DNA from: a virus
Taxonomy: Duplodnaviria; Caudoviricetes
Virus record (IMG/VR): IMGVR_UViG_3300001533_001980
Coordinates: 1-52,455 of that record
Strand: one strand, 5' to 3'
Length of the DNA stretch: 52,455 nt
Numbering within the stretch: position 1 is the first letter of the stretch; the number at the start of each line of letters is the position of its first letter. Under the pieces are notes generated by a model. That model saw only the letters and a program-made list of their open reading frames with translations, was not told where the DNA came from and did no database searches. Below are positions 1-9,901 of this stretch, one piece after another. The position numbers were made by a program, and so were the translations under genes.

Positions 1-601
1 ACGATGGTTAATTGACTCGGATGGCGTTCAGAGTGTCGGCTGGCAATCACGATGGTTAATTGACTCGGATGGCGTTCAGAGTGTCGGCTGGCAATCACGA
101 TGGTTAATTGACTCGGATGGTATTCAGAGTGCGGATTGGGATGAGCGATGGTTACTTGATGGCTTTCAGGGAGCTAGTGTGGATTGGGATGAGAGATGGC
201 TAATTGCCTCGGATGGTATTCAGAGTGCGGATTGGGATAAACGATGGTTAATTGCCTCGGATGGTACTCAGAGTGTCGGCTGGCAATCACGATGGCTTTA
301 TGACTCGGATGGTACTCAGAGTGCGGATTGGGATGAGCGATGGCTTTATGACTCGGATGGTACTCAGAGTGCGGATTGGGATGAACGATGGTTAATTGAC
401 TGGGATGGTACTCAGAGTGCGGATTGGCACGCTCGGTATTTGTTCGCTTCTGACGGAACGACAGTCGTCCTTAATTGGTCGAGCCGAGCGGGTCACATTT
501 CAGATCCAACGGGTGGAGCGACGAATGATGCCGAAGCACGTACGGCAATCGGGTTAATTATCGACGCTCTCGAAGGATATGGTCTCTTGGCGACATCGTA
601 G
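1..601 (+). CDS. Repeat-rich fibre/adhesin-like virion protein, 5'-truncated by the window
   Basis: Frame is open from nt 2. About ten 16-aa repeats (RWLxDSDGxQSxxWxx). C-terminal ISDPTGGATNDAEARTAIGLIIDALEGYGLL resembles head/tail-fibre terminal motifs. Confidence 0.65.
   Translation, partial: RWLIDSDGVQSVGWQSRWLIDSDGVQSVGWQSRWLIDSDGIQSADWDERWLLDGFQGASVDWDERWLIASDGIQSADWDKRWLIASDGTQSVGWQSRWLYDSDGTQSADWDERWLYDSDGTQSADWDERWLIDWDGTQSADWHARYLFASDGTTVVLNWSSRAGHISDPTGGATNDAEARTAIGLIIDALEGYGLLATS
2..470 (+). repeat. 48-bp coding tandem repeat, about 10 units
   Basis: Unit cgatggttaattgactcggatggcgttcagagtgtcggctggcaatca is exact at 2-49 and 50-97, then appears as variants with no spacers. Confidence 0.95.
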
Positions 602-626
602 GTTATCTTAATTTGAGGAGGACAGC

Positions 627-920
627 ATGGAAGCGCAGGAAAAACGAAACAGGGCGGCTTTGATGCAGGACAGGAATGAACGGCGCAAGATGGATCAGAT
701 ACGTCGCTCGGCTATGATTTTGGCTGAATATCAGCACCGTGAAGACCCGGACGTAAAATCCATGCTGGACGAGATGTCGGAGTTGCGCGTAAGAGGCGAA
801 TCTCTTCGTGTCCAAATGAGAGAAGCGCAGGGCGAATTAGCCCAAGCGCGAAGTAGATTTGAAGCCAACCTGGAGCAATACATCCCAGAGGAGCTTCGGA
901 TTTTGTCGAAAAAGGTGTAG
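627..920 (+). CDS. Hypothetical coiled-coil protein
   Basis: GAGGAGG RBS; helical, charged sequence. Confidence 0.7.
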   Translation: MEAQEKRNRAALMQDRNERRKMDQIRRSAMILAEYQHREDPDVKSMLDEMSELRVRGESLRVQMREAQGELAQARSRFEANLEQYIPEELRILSKKV

Positions 921-922
921 AA

Positions 923-1390
923 ATGAGCCTTGAGGTAACCTACGATACCGATCAGCTTCATCCGGGTGAGATGCTCGGGATTGTCACCCCGGAGTCGGAG
1001 ATGATCGGGACAGTTAATTATTTTCGATCCACATCAGGAGGGATAACCGTGCCGCACTATAGAGTAGACCTGTATGTCGGAAACAACCGCACGATTAGGG
1101 TTTTCGTCAAGGATGACGATCTCAATATTGTCAATCTGACCGGAGCCACGCTCGTGCTGACCGTGCGCAAGGAGACAGGTGGCGTTGTTTCCTTTACCAA
1201 GAGCACCGCCGTTCCAGGAGAGGGGGCTATTGGATCTGCCGACGAGGGCGAATGTCTCTTCTACATTCTACCGGCAGATACCGCCTCTTTAGAAGGGCAA
1301 TACATCTTTGACGTGTCCCTAACCACTGCTGCGTCAAGCACCTATACTGTCTTGGAAGGTATTCTTAATCTTCTCCGGCCAGGAAGCTGA
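923..1390 (+). CDS. BppU-N-like baseplate/structural Ig-like protein
   Basis: Pattern VNLTGATLVLTVRK...G...FYILPADTASL..QYIFDV. Confidence 0.6.
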   Translation: MSLEVTYDTDQLHPGEMLGIVTPESEMIGTVNYFRSTSGGITVPHYRVDLYVGNNRTIRVFVKDDDLNIVNLTGATLVLTVRKETGGVVSFTKSTAVPGEGAIGSADEGECLFYILPADTASLEGQYIFDVSLTTAASSTYTVLEGILNLLRPGS

Positions 1391-1396
1391 CTTCGG

Positions 1397-1405
1397 GTGT
1401 ATAAT
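1397..1405 (+). promoter_or_regulatory. GTGTATAAT -10-type promoter motif (also at 4786, 17526, 42369)
   Basis: Identical 9-mer lies upstream of genes at four sites, with no obvious TTGACA. Confidence 0.55.
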
Positions 1406-1422
1406 CTGGCTGGAGGGATTGG

Positions 1423-3174
1423 ATGCCATATCTGTCTATTGAAGGCGGCAATACAATTGTCGTCGAGGATTGCTACGACCAGCGTAAGATTGTGAGTGAC
1501 ATTGGGGGACATTGGGATTTCATCTCAAAGGTCTGGAATGTCACATTCACCTTATACAATCTTCGCTTTCTCCTGAACCACATGGATGGTCTTAGTCTTG
1601 CGGATGATGTCGGCGAGCGAATCAAGGAGCAGGAGGACAAGGAGGTTAAACTTGCCCGCCTTCACGACATGTCCAAGACGGATATCCCCATCCGTCTTAG
1701 AGTTCCGGGTCTTAATGTCTCCCCTTACAACTACCAGCGATACGGCATCATGTTTGCCGTTACTAATGGGTCGGGCATCTTGAATGCGGACGAGATGGGA
1801 TTGGGGAAAACCATACAGGCAATTGCTACGGCTATCTATTTAAAGGATAGGGGCTTGGCTAAAAACGCTTTGTGCATCACACCGGCATCTCTAAAGTTTA
1901 ACTGGCCCATAGAGATAGAGAAGTTCACTAACGAAAAGTATGTCGTCATCGATGGTTCTCCAGACGAGAGAATTGCACAGTGGCTCAGGGATGATGTGTT
2001 TTTCTATGTGGTGAATTATGAATTGATTTTGGAAGACCTATTCGGAGGTCGCGATCATGAGCCGAAGAAGGGTGACAAGCCAGAGGCAATAGCTCGCAAG
2101 AAAAAGTTGAAGTCAGCCGCTGAAAAGAGGGAGAGGATTCTGGGTCCAATCCGTAGGCGTATCTGGGGGTTCATAGTCTGTGACGAATGCCATGCGATTC
2201 GGAATTCAAGCTCCAAACGAGCGCAGAACGTAAAATCGCTTCGCTCACGATTCCGAATGGGACTTACTGGCACCCCGATTGATGGAAGGCTAGAAGAGAT
2301 GCACGGCATCATGGACTGGATTGCTCCGGGACTGCTTGGATCCAGAACAAGGTTCTTTCAACGGCACGTGAAGACTGATTTTTACGGAAAAGTGACGGGC
2401 TACAAGCGGATAGACGAGGTAAGGGAACGCATTCAGCCGTTCTTCATCAGGAGACTAAAGCAGCAAGTGTTGCATGATTTGCCAGACAAGATTTACGAAA
2501 ATCGTGTCGTACTCCTTTCCCCCGAGGAGCGTAAGATATACGACGCACTGGCCAAGGGCGGGCACGAGGCTACGGAAGACGCTCAGGCTATAGTCGCGGC
2601 TATTCGGTGTAAACAGTTTTGTGACTATCCAGCCTTGGTTGATGATACATGCAAGCGGTCGTCCAAACTGGATGCGTTGCGGGATGTACTCGAAGAGGTC
2701 GCCGTCCAGAACAGCAACAAGGCGATTATGTTTACGCAATACAAGACAGTCTTGGATTTTCTCGTATCATTGTTGGAGGATATGGGGTTGCAATATCTCA
2801 GGATTGACGGAGACACGCCCAAGAAGGTCAGAGCAGAGATGCAGGCGGTTTTCAGGGACGACCCGTCCATTGATATGATGATTGGAACTGACGCTATGTC
2901 CACCGGTTTGAATCTTCAAGCTGCCAGCTATGTTATCAATTATGATGATTTCTGGTCTCCTTCGATAATGGATCAGAGGGCCGACCGATGTCACCGTATC
3001 GGGCAGAAAGAGGTTGTAACGGTTGTCAGTTTCATTTGCAGAAACACTATAGAAGAGCGCATTCGTTCGGTCATACGCCAGAAGTCCAGGGTGACCGCCG
3101 AAGTCCTGGGCGACGATTTGGAAGAGATGGTACTGCAAAGATTAGGTCCTAAAGAGATTGCGAAGTTGCTATAA
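1423..3174 (+). CDS. SNF2-family helicase
   Basis: Motifs ADEMGLGKT, DECH, LTGTP, GLNLQAAS, QRADRCHRIGQ. Confidence 0.95.
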   Translation: MPYLSIEGGNTIVVEDCYDQRKIVSDIGGHWDFISKVWNVTFTLYNLRFLLNHMDGLSLADDVGERIKEQEDKEVKLARLHDMSKTDIPIRLRVPGLNVSPYNYQRYGIMFAVTNGSGILNADEMGLGKTIQAIATAIYLKDRGLAKNALCITPASLKFNWPIEIEKFTNEKYVVIDGSPDERIAQWLRDDVFFYVVNYELILEDLFGGRDHEPKKGDKPEAIARKKKLKSAAEKRERILGPIRRRIWGFIVCDECHAIRNSSSKRAQNVKSLRSRFRMGLTGTPIDGRLEEMHGIMDWIAPGLLGSRTRFFQRHVKTDFYGKVTGYKRIDEVRERIQPFFIRRLKQQVLHDLPDKIYENRVVLLSPEERKIYDALAKGGHEATEDAQAIVAAIRCKQFCDYPALVDDTCKRSSKLDALRDVLEEVAVQNSNKAIMFTQYKTVLDFLVSLLEDMGLQYLRIDGDTPKKVRAEMQAVFRDDPSIDMMIGTDAMSTGLNLQAASYVINYDDFWSPSIMDQRADRCHRIGQKEVVTVVSFICRNTIEERIRSVIRQKSRVTAEVLGDDLEEMVLQRLGPKEIAKLL

Positions 3175-4793
3175 TGTCCACATTCGATTACACTGTTGAA
3201 CTTGAGCGGTCTTTGCTCAAAATCGTAAGCTCCAGCTCTATGCAGGCTCGGAGGTACATGCATCGCGTCCGGGAGTCGCTTTTCACGTCGGAGGAACGGA
3301 AGTTTATCTTCAATGTCCTCAAAAAATCTCTTGATGTGACTGGTCAGCTAGCCACTCGCAAAGTGTTTGAATATGAGGTTGGTAAGCGTGTAGAGGATAG
3401 TGACCAGCAGTACTTTGTGGGAGAATGGAATCTGGTTGACGCGGTGGACACGCAAGACGCTCCTGAAGTACTGTTGGACAAATTAGAAGAAGCTAATACT
3501 GGTCGCGACATCGTGAAGCTGGGTGCGGAAGTCGATGCGCTGCTTGAGGGAGGGCGAATTGCAGAGTCCCTAGCCCATCTAAAGAGGCGATCTCTCTCCA
3601 TCGGTGGCAAAACGGACGATAGGCCGCTTGTTGAATTGACAGATTATCAGAATCGCGAACAGACGCTATTGGATAAGATAAAAAATCCAGATAAGTATCG
3701 TGGAATACAGACAGGATTTACCGCTTTCGATAATTTTGGTGGTGGATTGTTTCCCGGAGAGTTGACTCTTATCGCTGGTCTTACGGGGACTGGAAAATCT
3801 ACACTCGTCAGACAGATAGTGGCGAATGTCGTCACACATCCGCTCAATTTTGGCGCGAATGTGCTGTATGTCGCTAATGAGGAATACCTGGAGCAGGTAG
3901 AGCATAAGTTCGACGCTAACTTCTCAGAAGTGCCATATTTGGATTTCAAGCGTGGTAATATTTCGGATGAAGATATCGATAAGTGGCGCAATTGCATGCA
4001 GAAGTGGGAGCGCAACGGTAAGCCCAACGGTAGGGTCTTTATCAAGGAAGTTCCTGCCTTTACGGATGTTACTCTGGTCGAGCAAGCATACCGTCAGTGC
4101 GAGGCAAGGGGAATCAAGATTGGATTGATTATCATCGACCATCTTCCACATATCAAACCAATCCAACAGGTATGGGGGGAAAATGATGAGATGAAAAAAG
4201 CGGCGTCGGATTGCAAAGACTTAGCTCGCTCCTTGAGGGTGCATGTAGTGATTCCGACGCAGGCAGCGACCGAAGTCATGAAAAAGCAAGAGCGGGGAAG
4301 ACGGGGTAGTAAGTTGGATGTATATGGGTCGAAGGGACAAGTCCATGTCGCGAATACATTCATTTTGATAACCGAAACGGGCAAGGATGACGCTCAGCAG
4401 TGTGCCAATGAGTGGGACAAGGATGTTCTTTGGCTTGTCGATATCAAGAAAAACCGAGACGGACCTCCATTTTATTTTCGTGCTAAGCACAAGGTCAAGA
4501 TAGGACGGATTGAAGAGATACTGGGAACGGGGCAGAAGGGCGATCCTCTCGAAGACAAGGAAGATGACCCTCATCCGACCGTCAATCTCATTAAGAAGGA
4601 TGAGGCTATCGCCGACTCTGAGCAATCCGATGCTGTGAATTCGGCAATTGCGGATGGAGATGATGTGACGGAACCGGATGGCGGGGGCAATAAGACTAGC
4701 GATCCTGTCGAATTCGACGTTGGAATCAGGATGGGCGTGATTCGCAGGATGAGAGAGAGAAAAGCGAACGCATCTCGTAACTCAAGTGTATAA
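3174..4793 (+). CDS. dnaB: Replicative DnaB-like helicase
   Basis: Motifs GIQTGF, GELTLIAGLTGTGKS, IIIDH, KKNRDG. Confidence 0.9.
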   Translation: MSTFDYTVELERSLLKIVSSSSMQARRYMHRVRESLFTSEERKFIFNVLKKSLDVTGQLATRKVFEYEVGKRVEDSDQQYFVGEWNLVDAVDTQDAPEVLLDKLEEANTGRDIVKLGAEVDALLEGGRIAESLAHLKRRSLSIGGKTDDRPLVELTDYQNREQTLLDKIKNPDKYRGIQTGFTAFDNFGGGLFPGELTLIAGLTGTGKSTLVRQIVANVVTHPLNFGANVLYVANEEYLEQVEHKFDANFSEVPYLDFKRGNISDEDIDKWRNCMQKWERNGKPNGRVFIKEVPAFTDVTLVEQAYRQCEARGIKIGLIIIDHLPHIKPIQQVWGENDEMKKAASDCKDLARSLRVHVVIPTQAATEVMKKQERGRRGSKLDVYGSKGQVHVANTFILITETGKDDAQQCANEWDKDVLWLVDIKKNRDGPPFYFRAKHKVKIGRIEEILGTGQKGDPLEDKEDDPHPTVNLIKKDEAIADSEQSDAVNSAIADGDDVTEPDGGGNKTSDPVEFDVGIRMGVIRRMRERKANASRNSSV

Positions 4794-4832
4794 TGGGTGG
4801 ATGGGATCAATTCATAGTCAAAGGAGAACAAG

Positions 4833-5807
4833 GTGAGTAATTCGGAGCATGCATTGCTGGGGCATCAGGAAATAGGCAATTCGTTCGATGGCGTCTACTA
4901 TGTAGAGCGGGTTTCCGTCAAGCAAACGAAGCAGAGCAAGGACTACTTGGACCTTGCGCTGAGGGACAAGTCGGGCTCCCGCTTTTTGAAATTCTGGGGC
5001 ACTGTTGATGGTCTACAGAAGGGTGATTGGGTATTCGTGTCAGCAGGAGTCGAAGAATATATGGGAAATCCGAGCGTTATCGTCAAGAATATAGAGATCG
5101 TGAGTGAGCCCGACGACTTGTCTCCCTACATGCCTGTTTATGATGATGTCGAGAAATATGCTGGGGATTTCGATATCATCCGAGAAGAACTGAAACGATT
5201 GGAAGAAAGTGGGGGAGGCAATACCGCTGGGACACTAGTTGACGAGGTGTATGGCAATTCCAAGTTTTTTGAACGGTTTGTCGTTGCTCCGGGTGGCACA
5301 GGCTCGCACTATGGCAGACGTGGAGGATTGCTAGCCTGTACCGTCCGTGCCGCAGACGGTTGTATCAAGGTGGTGGACAACTATCGATTGACCAATCGTG
5401 ACAAGTCAATTTTGATTGCGTCTGCGCTTCTGTGTCGCATTGGTGCTATTGATGCTTTCGAGTTTCAGGACTGCGCCCCGGTCGAGACAAAGCGTGGAAT
5501 CCTGTTGGGCTTGAACAATCTTACCATGACTCGCGTGTCGTCCGCGCTCAAACGGGTCATCGCTGCATTTCAGAAAGACGGCAAGGTTCCAGACCAGGAA
5601 GTCATCATTAGATTGCTTCATGCGATTACGGCATATAATGGACGGGGCGTCATTCCGTCAACGACCGAGGCTCTCATCCTTCAATCGGTCGTCCGCATGG
5701 ACTCCGAGATAGTGGATGCCATAGAATTTATCGAGCGTGATGTGAACAAGGGAGAAGAGTTCACAGCGTACGACCCGGTATTGCGCCGTCGTTATTACGT
5801 GGGGTGA
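4833..5807 (+). CDS. YhaM/Cbf1-like OB-fold plus degenerate HD-domain protein
   Basis: OB-fold YLDLALRDKSG..KFW, then SHYGRRGGLLACT and ALLCRIG where the canonical motif is ALLHDIG. Confidence 0.75.
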   Translation: MSNSEHALLGHQEIGNSFDGVYYVERVSVKQTKQSKDYLDLALRDKSGSRFLKFWGTVDGLQKGDWVFVSAGVEEYMGNPSVIVKNIEIVSEPDDLSPYMPVYDDVEKYAGDFDIIREELKRLEESGGGNTAGTLVDEVYGNSKFFERFVVAPGGTGSHYGRRGGLLACTVRAADGCIKVVDNYRLTNRDKSILIASALLCRIGAIDAFEFQDCAPVETKRGILLGLNNLTMTRVSSALKRVIAAFQKDGKVPDQEVIIRLLHAITAYNGRGVIPSTTEALILQSVVRMDSEIVDAIEFIERDVNKGEEFTAYDPVLRRRYYVG

Positions 5808-5814
5808 GCATCGC

Positions 5815-6936
5815 ATGCCCGACTGGAATTTAAGCATTCGGGAGCAGCTTCGGTATAAGCGCATTGACTGGCTTATGCCGTCTGTCGATGTCCGCGCTAT
5901 CCTTGAGAAGCTGGATGTTGGGGATATCTCTCCTATACGGGGCGGCGAAATAAGGGCTAGGTGCCCAGACCATGCCCTGTTCGTAGGGCGAGAGTCTTCC
6001 GACCCAGCGTGGGCTATAAACGTTGATACCGGAGAGACGTTCTGCTTTACAGAAGGCAGGGGAAGCAATCTCGTTTGGATCGTAAGTCGGATGCTTGACT
6101 GTCACCCCCGTGAGGCTGTTAAATTCCTGATGCAGGTGGACTCTGAAATCGCGGAGTCCACCCTCCAACTTGCACAGAACAAGAAGTTTCGCAAACGAAT
6201 TGTCCCGTCGGTGTTCTGCGAGTATGGAGTCGAAGGGGAACCCATTCCAGCCGTTCGTGGTTTAGATGCCATCAGGCGTGATATGGAATTCCCATACATG
6301 ACGCCCGAGGCTTATGATTTTTTCATGTATCCTCCGGGAAAACAACCGACCCTGATTCGGCGCGAGACGGTTGACCGCTACAAAGTATTCTTTCACACAT
6401 GGGGGGATTATGCGAATCGTGTAATTATTCCGTTTGTTCAGAAAGGGGATCTGGTTGCCTTCTGCGCTATTGATATTCTTGGGAAAGATAAATGGCTCGC
6501 CGAACATCCGCTCAAGAAAGAGAAAGAATACAAGAAGGTCATGTACCCGTTCAACTCTATCTTTGCTGGTGGGTCTCTTCTACCGAAGCCGAGCGGATTC
6601 TTGTTCGGGTTTGACGATTGCACGCGGGGGTGCGATATTCTTTTTCTAGTCGAGGGTGCCCGTGAGAAGATGAAACTATTGCAAGAGGGGTTCCCAGACT
6701 CCGTGGCCATCCTTGGGGGATATCTAGGCGAGGGACAGTTCTCCCTCATCACGGAGATTGCGCCAAAGCGAATCGCCTTGATGTTTGATGGCGACAAAGC
6801 GGGGCGGCTGATTACCGACCGGGTTCATGACAGGCTTAGGCGGAACTATATTGATGACAAGATAATACGCTGCAAGGTGCCGAATGGCAAAGACCCGAAG
6901 AACTTGCAAGCATCTGATATTCAAGCACTTATATGA
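5815..6936 (+). CDS. dnaG: DNA primase (zinc finger + TOPRIM)
   Basis: CPDH zinc finger, RVIIPF, FLVEG, MFDGDKAG, KDP. Confidence 0.9.
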   Translation: MPDWNLSIREQLRYKRIDWLMPSVDVRAILEKLDVGDISPIRGGEIRARCPDHALFVGRESSDPAWAINVDTGETFCFTEGRGSNLVWIVSRMLDCHPREAVKFLMQVDSEIAESTLQLAQNKKFRKRIVPSVFCEYGVEGEPIPAVRGLDAIRRDMEFPYMTPEAYDFFMYPPGKQPTLIRRETVDRYKVFFHTWGDYANRVIIPFVQKGDLVAFCAIDILGKDKWLAEHPLKKEKEYKKVMYPFNSIFAGGSLLPKPSGFLFGFDDCTRGCDILFLVEGAREKMKLLQEGFPDSVAILGGYLGEGQFSLITEIAPKRIALMFDGDKAGRLITDRVHDRLRRNYIDDKIIRCKVPNGKDPKNLQASDIQALI

Positions 6937-6962
6937 ATTGTGACATTTTATTCAAGAAAGTG

Positions 6963-6990
6963 TTGACAGTCGTGGGACGAGTGATGTAAT
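6963..6990 (+). promoter_or_regulatory. Sigma70-like promoter upstream of the sigma gene
   Basis: TTGACA-N16-TGTAAT. Confidence 0.45.
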
Positions 6991-7051
6991 TTCTTCCCCA
7001 TAGGCATTTATACTGGGCTGGCCGATTATCGGCAAACTGCTGGAGGGCACT

Positions 7052-7912
7052 ATGAGGCGGGGTATCTTGGACGCTACGGGCGGCAATATTGAGGGCAAGA
7101 CGGGCACTTTTGATGACGATGCAAATGCGATTTGGGAAGCATATCTCAGGGACGTGCAGGAGATTAAGAGCCATCCGGCAACCACTTTCTGTATGGACGC
7201 AAAACCGTTCCAAGTTTTGGCGAATTCTGTCTGGGGAGAATACGTCGATGACCTGAGGCTTGGCGAATTTTCACTGAACGATAATTTTGAGGTCAGAACC
7301 CGTTTCCCCGTTACGCAAGAGTTCATGGTAAAGTCCATAGTCGCTGCTCGAAACGGAGAATCTACCCCACATCCTGCCCTGCGGCACTTCGAGCGTGCCC
7401 TGCACGAATCCACAGATCGAATGGTGCTGATGATTGCATCCAAGTATGCAGTCAACTCTTCCGACCAGAAGGACGATTTGGCGCAGGATTGTTTCTCCCG
7501 CATTTGGGCAAAACTTGACAAATACGACGAGGGGAGGGCGAAATTCACGACCTGGGCGTGGCATCTTTGTTCTAATCTTCTTAAAAGGAAGTATCGCAAC
7601 CAGCAGAAACTTAAAAGCAGAGAATCCGTTGAACCGTTTGACGAGATAGAGAGGAAGGCAGTTGCGGTTGAAGACTGCCAATACAAGTCCATTCTTTCAG
7701 CCGAATTTGCCGGGGCGGTGAGGGAGTTGGGGATCCGCTATCCAAAGTGGAGAGACTTCGTGTATGAATTGCTCGGAAACCCCGATTGTGGGATTGTTGC
7801 GGATAAGATACGGCTGTCCCGCGCGGCTTCTATTACTGGAGTCGAAAAGGAAAAAGCAAAGTATTTCTTTAGGCGAATAGTCCAGCCATTTTTGAGTGCA
7901 AGGTTCAGTTAA
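7052..7912 (+). CDS. Phage sigma70/ECF-like sigma factor
   Basis: Region-2 motif DDLAQDCFSRIWAKLDKYDEGRAKFTTWAW and a C-terminal HTH-like segment. Confidence 0.8.
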   Translation: MRRGILDATGGNIEGKTGTFDDDANAIWEAYLRDVQEIKSHPATTFCMDAKPFQVLANSVWGEYVDDLRLGEFSLNDNFEVRTRFPVTQEFMVKSIVAARNGESTPHPALRHFERALHESTDRMVLMIASKYAVNSSDQKDDLAQDCFSRIWAKLDKYDEGRAKFTTWAWHLCSNLLKRKYRNQQKLKSRESVEPFDEIERKAVAVEDCQYKSILSAEFAGAVRELGIRYPKWRDFVYELLGNPDCGIVADKIRLSRAASITGVEKEKAKYFFRRIVQPFLSARFS

Positions 7913-7926
7913 AGAAGGGAATAAAC

Positions 7927-8346
7927 ATGCAAGCTAGTCAACCGGACTGTTTCGGGATACTGTGGGACGATACCGATCCGCAGTGTGCGAGGTGTGGTAT
8001 CAAGAGTTATTGTGAGCGATCCACGAAGAGACGCGGTAGCGGGGCACCTCCACCAGCCGAACCGGAGCCCAAATTGTCTGTGATTACCACGGAGAAGGAA
8101 CTCGAACCGACAAGTCCCTTGGACTATTTGCTAAAAAGTATTGAAGGCCGATACGACAGGGAGGACAGAATTGGGGAGAATGCCATCGCTCACTTCTTCA
8201 GGAAAAACGGAAGCAATATCATCCTCGTGACCGAATCCAAGGTTAGTGGCCGGATAAAGGTGCAGAAGAAGGGCTATGAGCGCATATTCGACGCCATCGA
8301 GTCTCTCGATCACGCAGAAGAAATTCTGGGGATTGTTCTCTCGTAA
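7927..8346 (+). CDS. Hypothetical protein with N-terminal CFG-x-CxxC-x4-C metal-binding motif
   Basis: PDCFGILWDDTDPQCARCGIKSYC. Confidence 0.7.
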   Translation: MQASQPDCFGILWDDTDPQCARCGIKSYCERSTKRRGSGAPPPAEPEPKLSVITTEKELEPTSPLDYLLKSIEGRYDREDRIGENAIAHFFRKNGSNIILVTESKVSGRIKVQKKGYERIFDAIESLDHAEEILGIVLS

Positions 8347-9251
8347 TGAGAGCGACGGCATTCCCCTATTACACGCCGCCGTTCGCAGAATACAATGTGG
8401 CGCAGCAAGCCGTTGTCCCCTTCTTGGATAAAGACTTGAACCTCGTTGTATCCTTCGCAACGGCGTCAGGAAAGACCGTGTTGGGCGAGGCGTGCTTCGG
8501 ATTTCATCTCCAGACTGAAACAGACTGCCGCGTTGCCTACGTGTGTCCATTTAAGAGTCTGGCAGCGGAGAAATTTCAGGATTGGAAGAACAATCCGCAA
8601 CTCAATGGGGGCGGGGTCGTTCTGTCTTCTACTGATTCAGATGCTGGGGTTAAAGACCATGAGTCGGCTCGGGTTGCCGTGGTAACGTGTGAATCGTTTG
8701 ACGCCAAAACCCGATCCAGGGCTTATAGAAATTGGCTTGGAAGCCTGGCGTGCGTCGTCTGGGACGAGGTACACTTGATAAACGACAAGAGCAGAGGGGG
8801 AGCTATTGAGTCATCCATGATGCGACTGACGGACATCAACCCTGCCGCCCGGATCATTCTTCTTTCTGCAACCATGGGGAACGCTATGGAGTTGTCCAAA
8901 TGGGTGAAATCTCTGAATGGCAAGCAAACCAAATGTATAGTGAGCGAGTGGAGACCATCCCGAATAGATATGGATTATGTTGTGGTTGCCGATGAGAGCG
9001 AAAAGATTGATGAGGCGGTACGTCTGGTATCTGAATCTTCTGGGAAAATCATCGTGTTCGTCCATTCCAAGGTGACGGGGAATGAGATTCTGAATAGACT
9101 TCGGGCACTTAAAATACGGTGTGCATTTCATAACGCCTCCAAGCGGCCAAAGGCCAGGGCAAAGATGGAAGAACTGTTTAATGACAGCATGTCTGGTTTC
9201 AATGTACTTGTTAGTACGTCTACACTGGGAGCGGGAGTTAACATAGGCTAA
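8346..9251 (+). CDS. Ski2/Hel308-like SF2 helicase, N-terminal half (motifs I-V)
   Basis: TASGKT, DEVH, LSAT, FHNA; ends at motif V STLGAGVNIG*. Confidence 0.9.
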   Translation: MRATAFPYYTPPFAEYNVAQQAVVPFLDKDLNLVVSFATASGKTVLGEACFGFHLQTETDCRVAYVCPFKSLAAEKFQDWKNNPQLNGGGVVLSSTDSDAGVKDHESARVAVVTCESFDAKTRSRAYRNWLGSLACVVWDEVHLINDKSRGGAIESSMMRLTDINPAARIILLSATMGNAMELSKWVKSLNGKQTKCIVSEWRPSRIDMDYVVVADESEKIDEAVRLVSESSGKIIVFVHSKVTGNEILNRLRALKIRCAFHNASKRPKARAKMEELFNDSMSGFNVLVSTSTLGAGVNIG

Positions 9252-9322
9252 AATCGCTATTGTGATTCAGATGCAAAGAGACATCCCGAACGGGTTACTT
9301 CTAGGATTAGGAAGGCTATCGT

Positions 9323-9898
9323 ATGAATCTTGAACAATTGAAGAAGAAGTGCTTGGAGTGTACAGAATGCCCTGTAGGCGGACGTGATATCAATGGACAT
9401 CTGTCAAATGTGTTCTCCAATATGAATACAGATTTCAAGGCGATGGTTGTTGGACAGAATCCGGGTCGTGATGAAGTGGAGCAAGGCATACCGTTTGTCG
9501 GAGTTTCGGGCAAGTTCTTCGATAGTGCTATCGAGACAGTTGGGCTTTCCCGTGATGATTTCTACATCAGTAATGTGGTGAAATGCTACACCCCTAACAA
9601 TCGGACACCAAGCGATACTGAATTGGAAAACTGCCGGAAGTTTCTTGACATTGAAATAAAATTAATAAAGCCCCCACTTATCGTCGCGCTTGGATCCCTT
9701 GCATTCCGTCAGCTCACTGGAATGAGGGGGATTATGAAGCATCATGGGAGTCCCATTCTATCATTGAGGTACGGGGTGCCCGTGATTCCGCTGCTTCACC
9801 CAAGTCCACTGAACACCAATCACCCTGACAGGCGTAGAATGTTTATAGATGGGCTAAAGAAGGTAAAGAGTGTATGGATATCCTGGGGATCGGACTAG
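9323..9898 (+). CDS. Family-4 uracil-DNA glycosylase (Fe-S)
   Basis: CLECTEC, VGQNPG..E...G.PFVG, NVVKC, LHPS. Confidence 0.92.
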   Translation: MNLEQLKKKCLECTECPVGGRDINGHLSNVFSNMNTDFKAMVVGQNPGRDEVEQGIPFVGVSGKFFDSAIETVGLSRDDFYISNVVKCYTPNNRTPSDTELENCRKFLDIEIKLIKPPLIVALGSLAFRQLTGMRGIMKHHGSPILSLRYGVPVIPLLHPSPLNTNHPDRRRMFIDGLKKVKSVWISWGSD

Positions 9899-9901
9899 AT
9901 A

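Noticed and set aside
2-470. CRISPR array
   Set aside because: The repeats are contiguous, in frame and protein-coding, with no unique spacers and no cas genes.
9246-9901. Group I/II intron in the helicase
   Set aside because: Only about 70 nt of non-coding sequence, with no recognisable catalytic core or group II ends.
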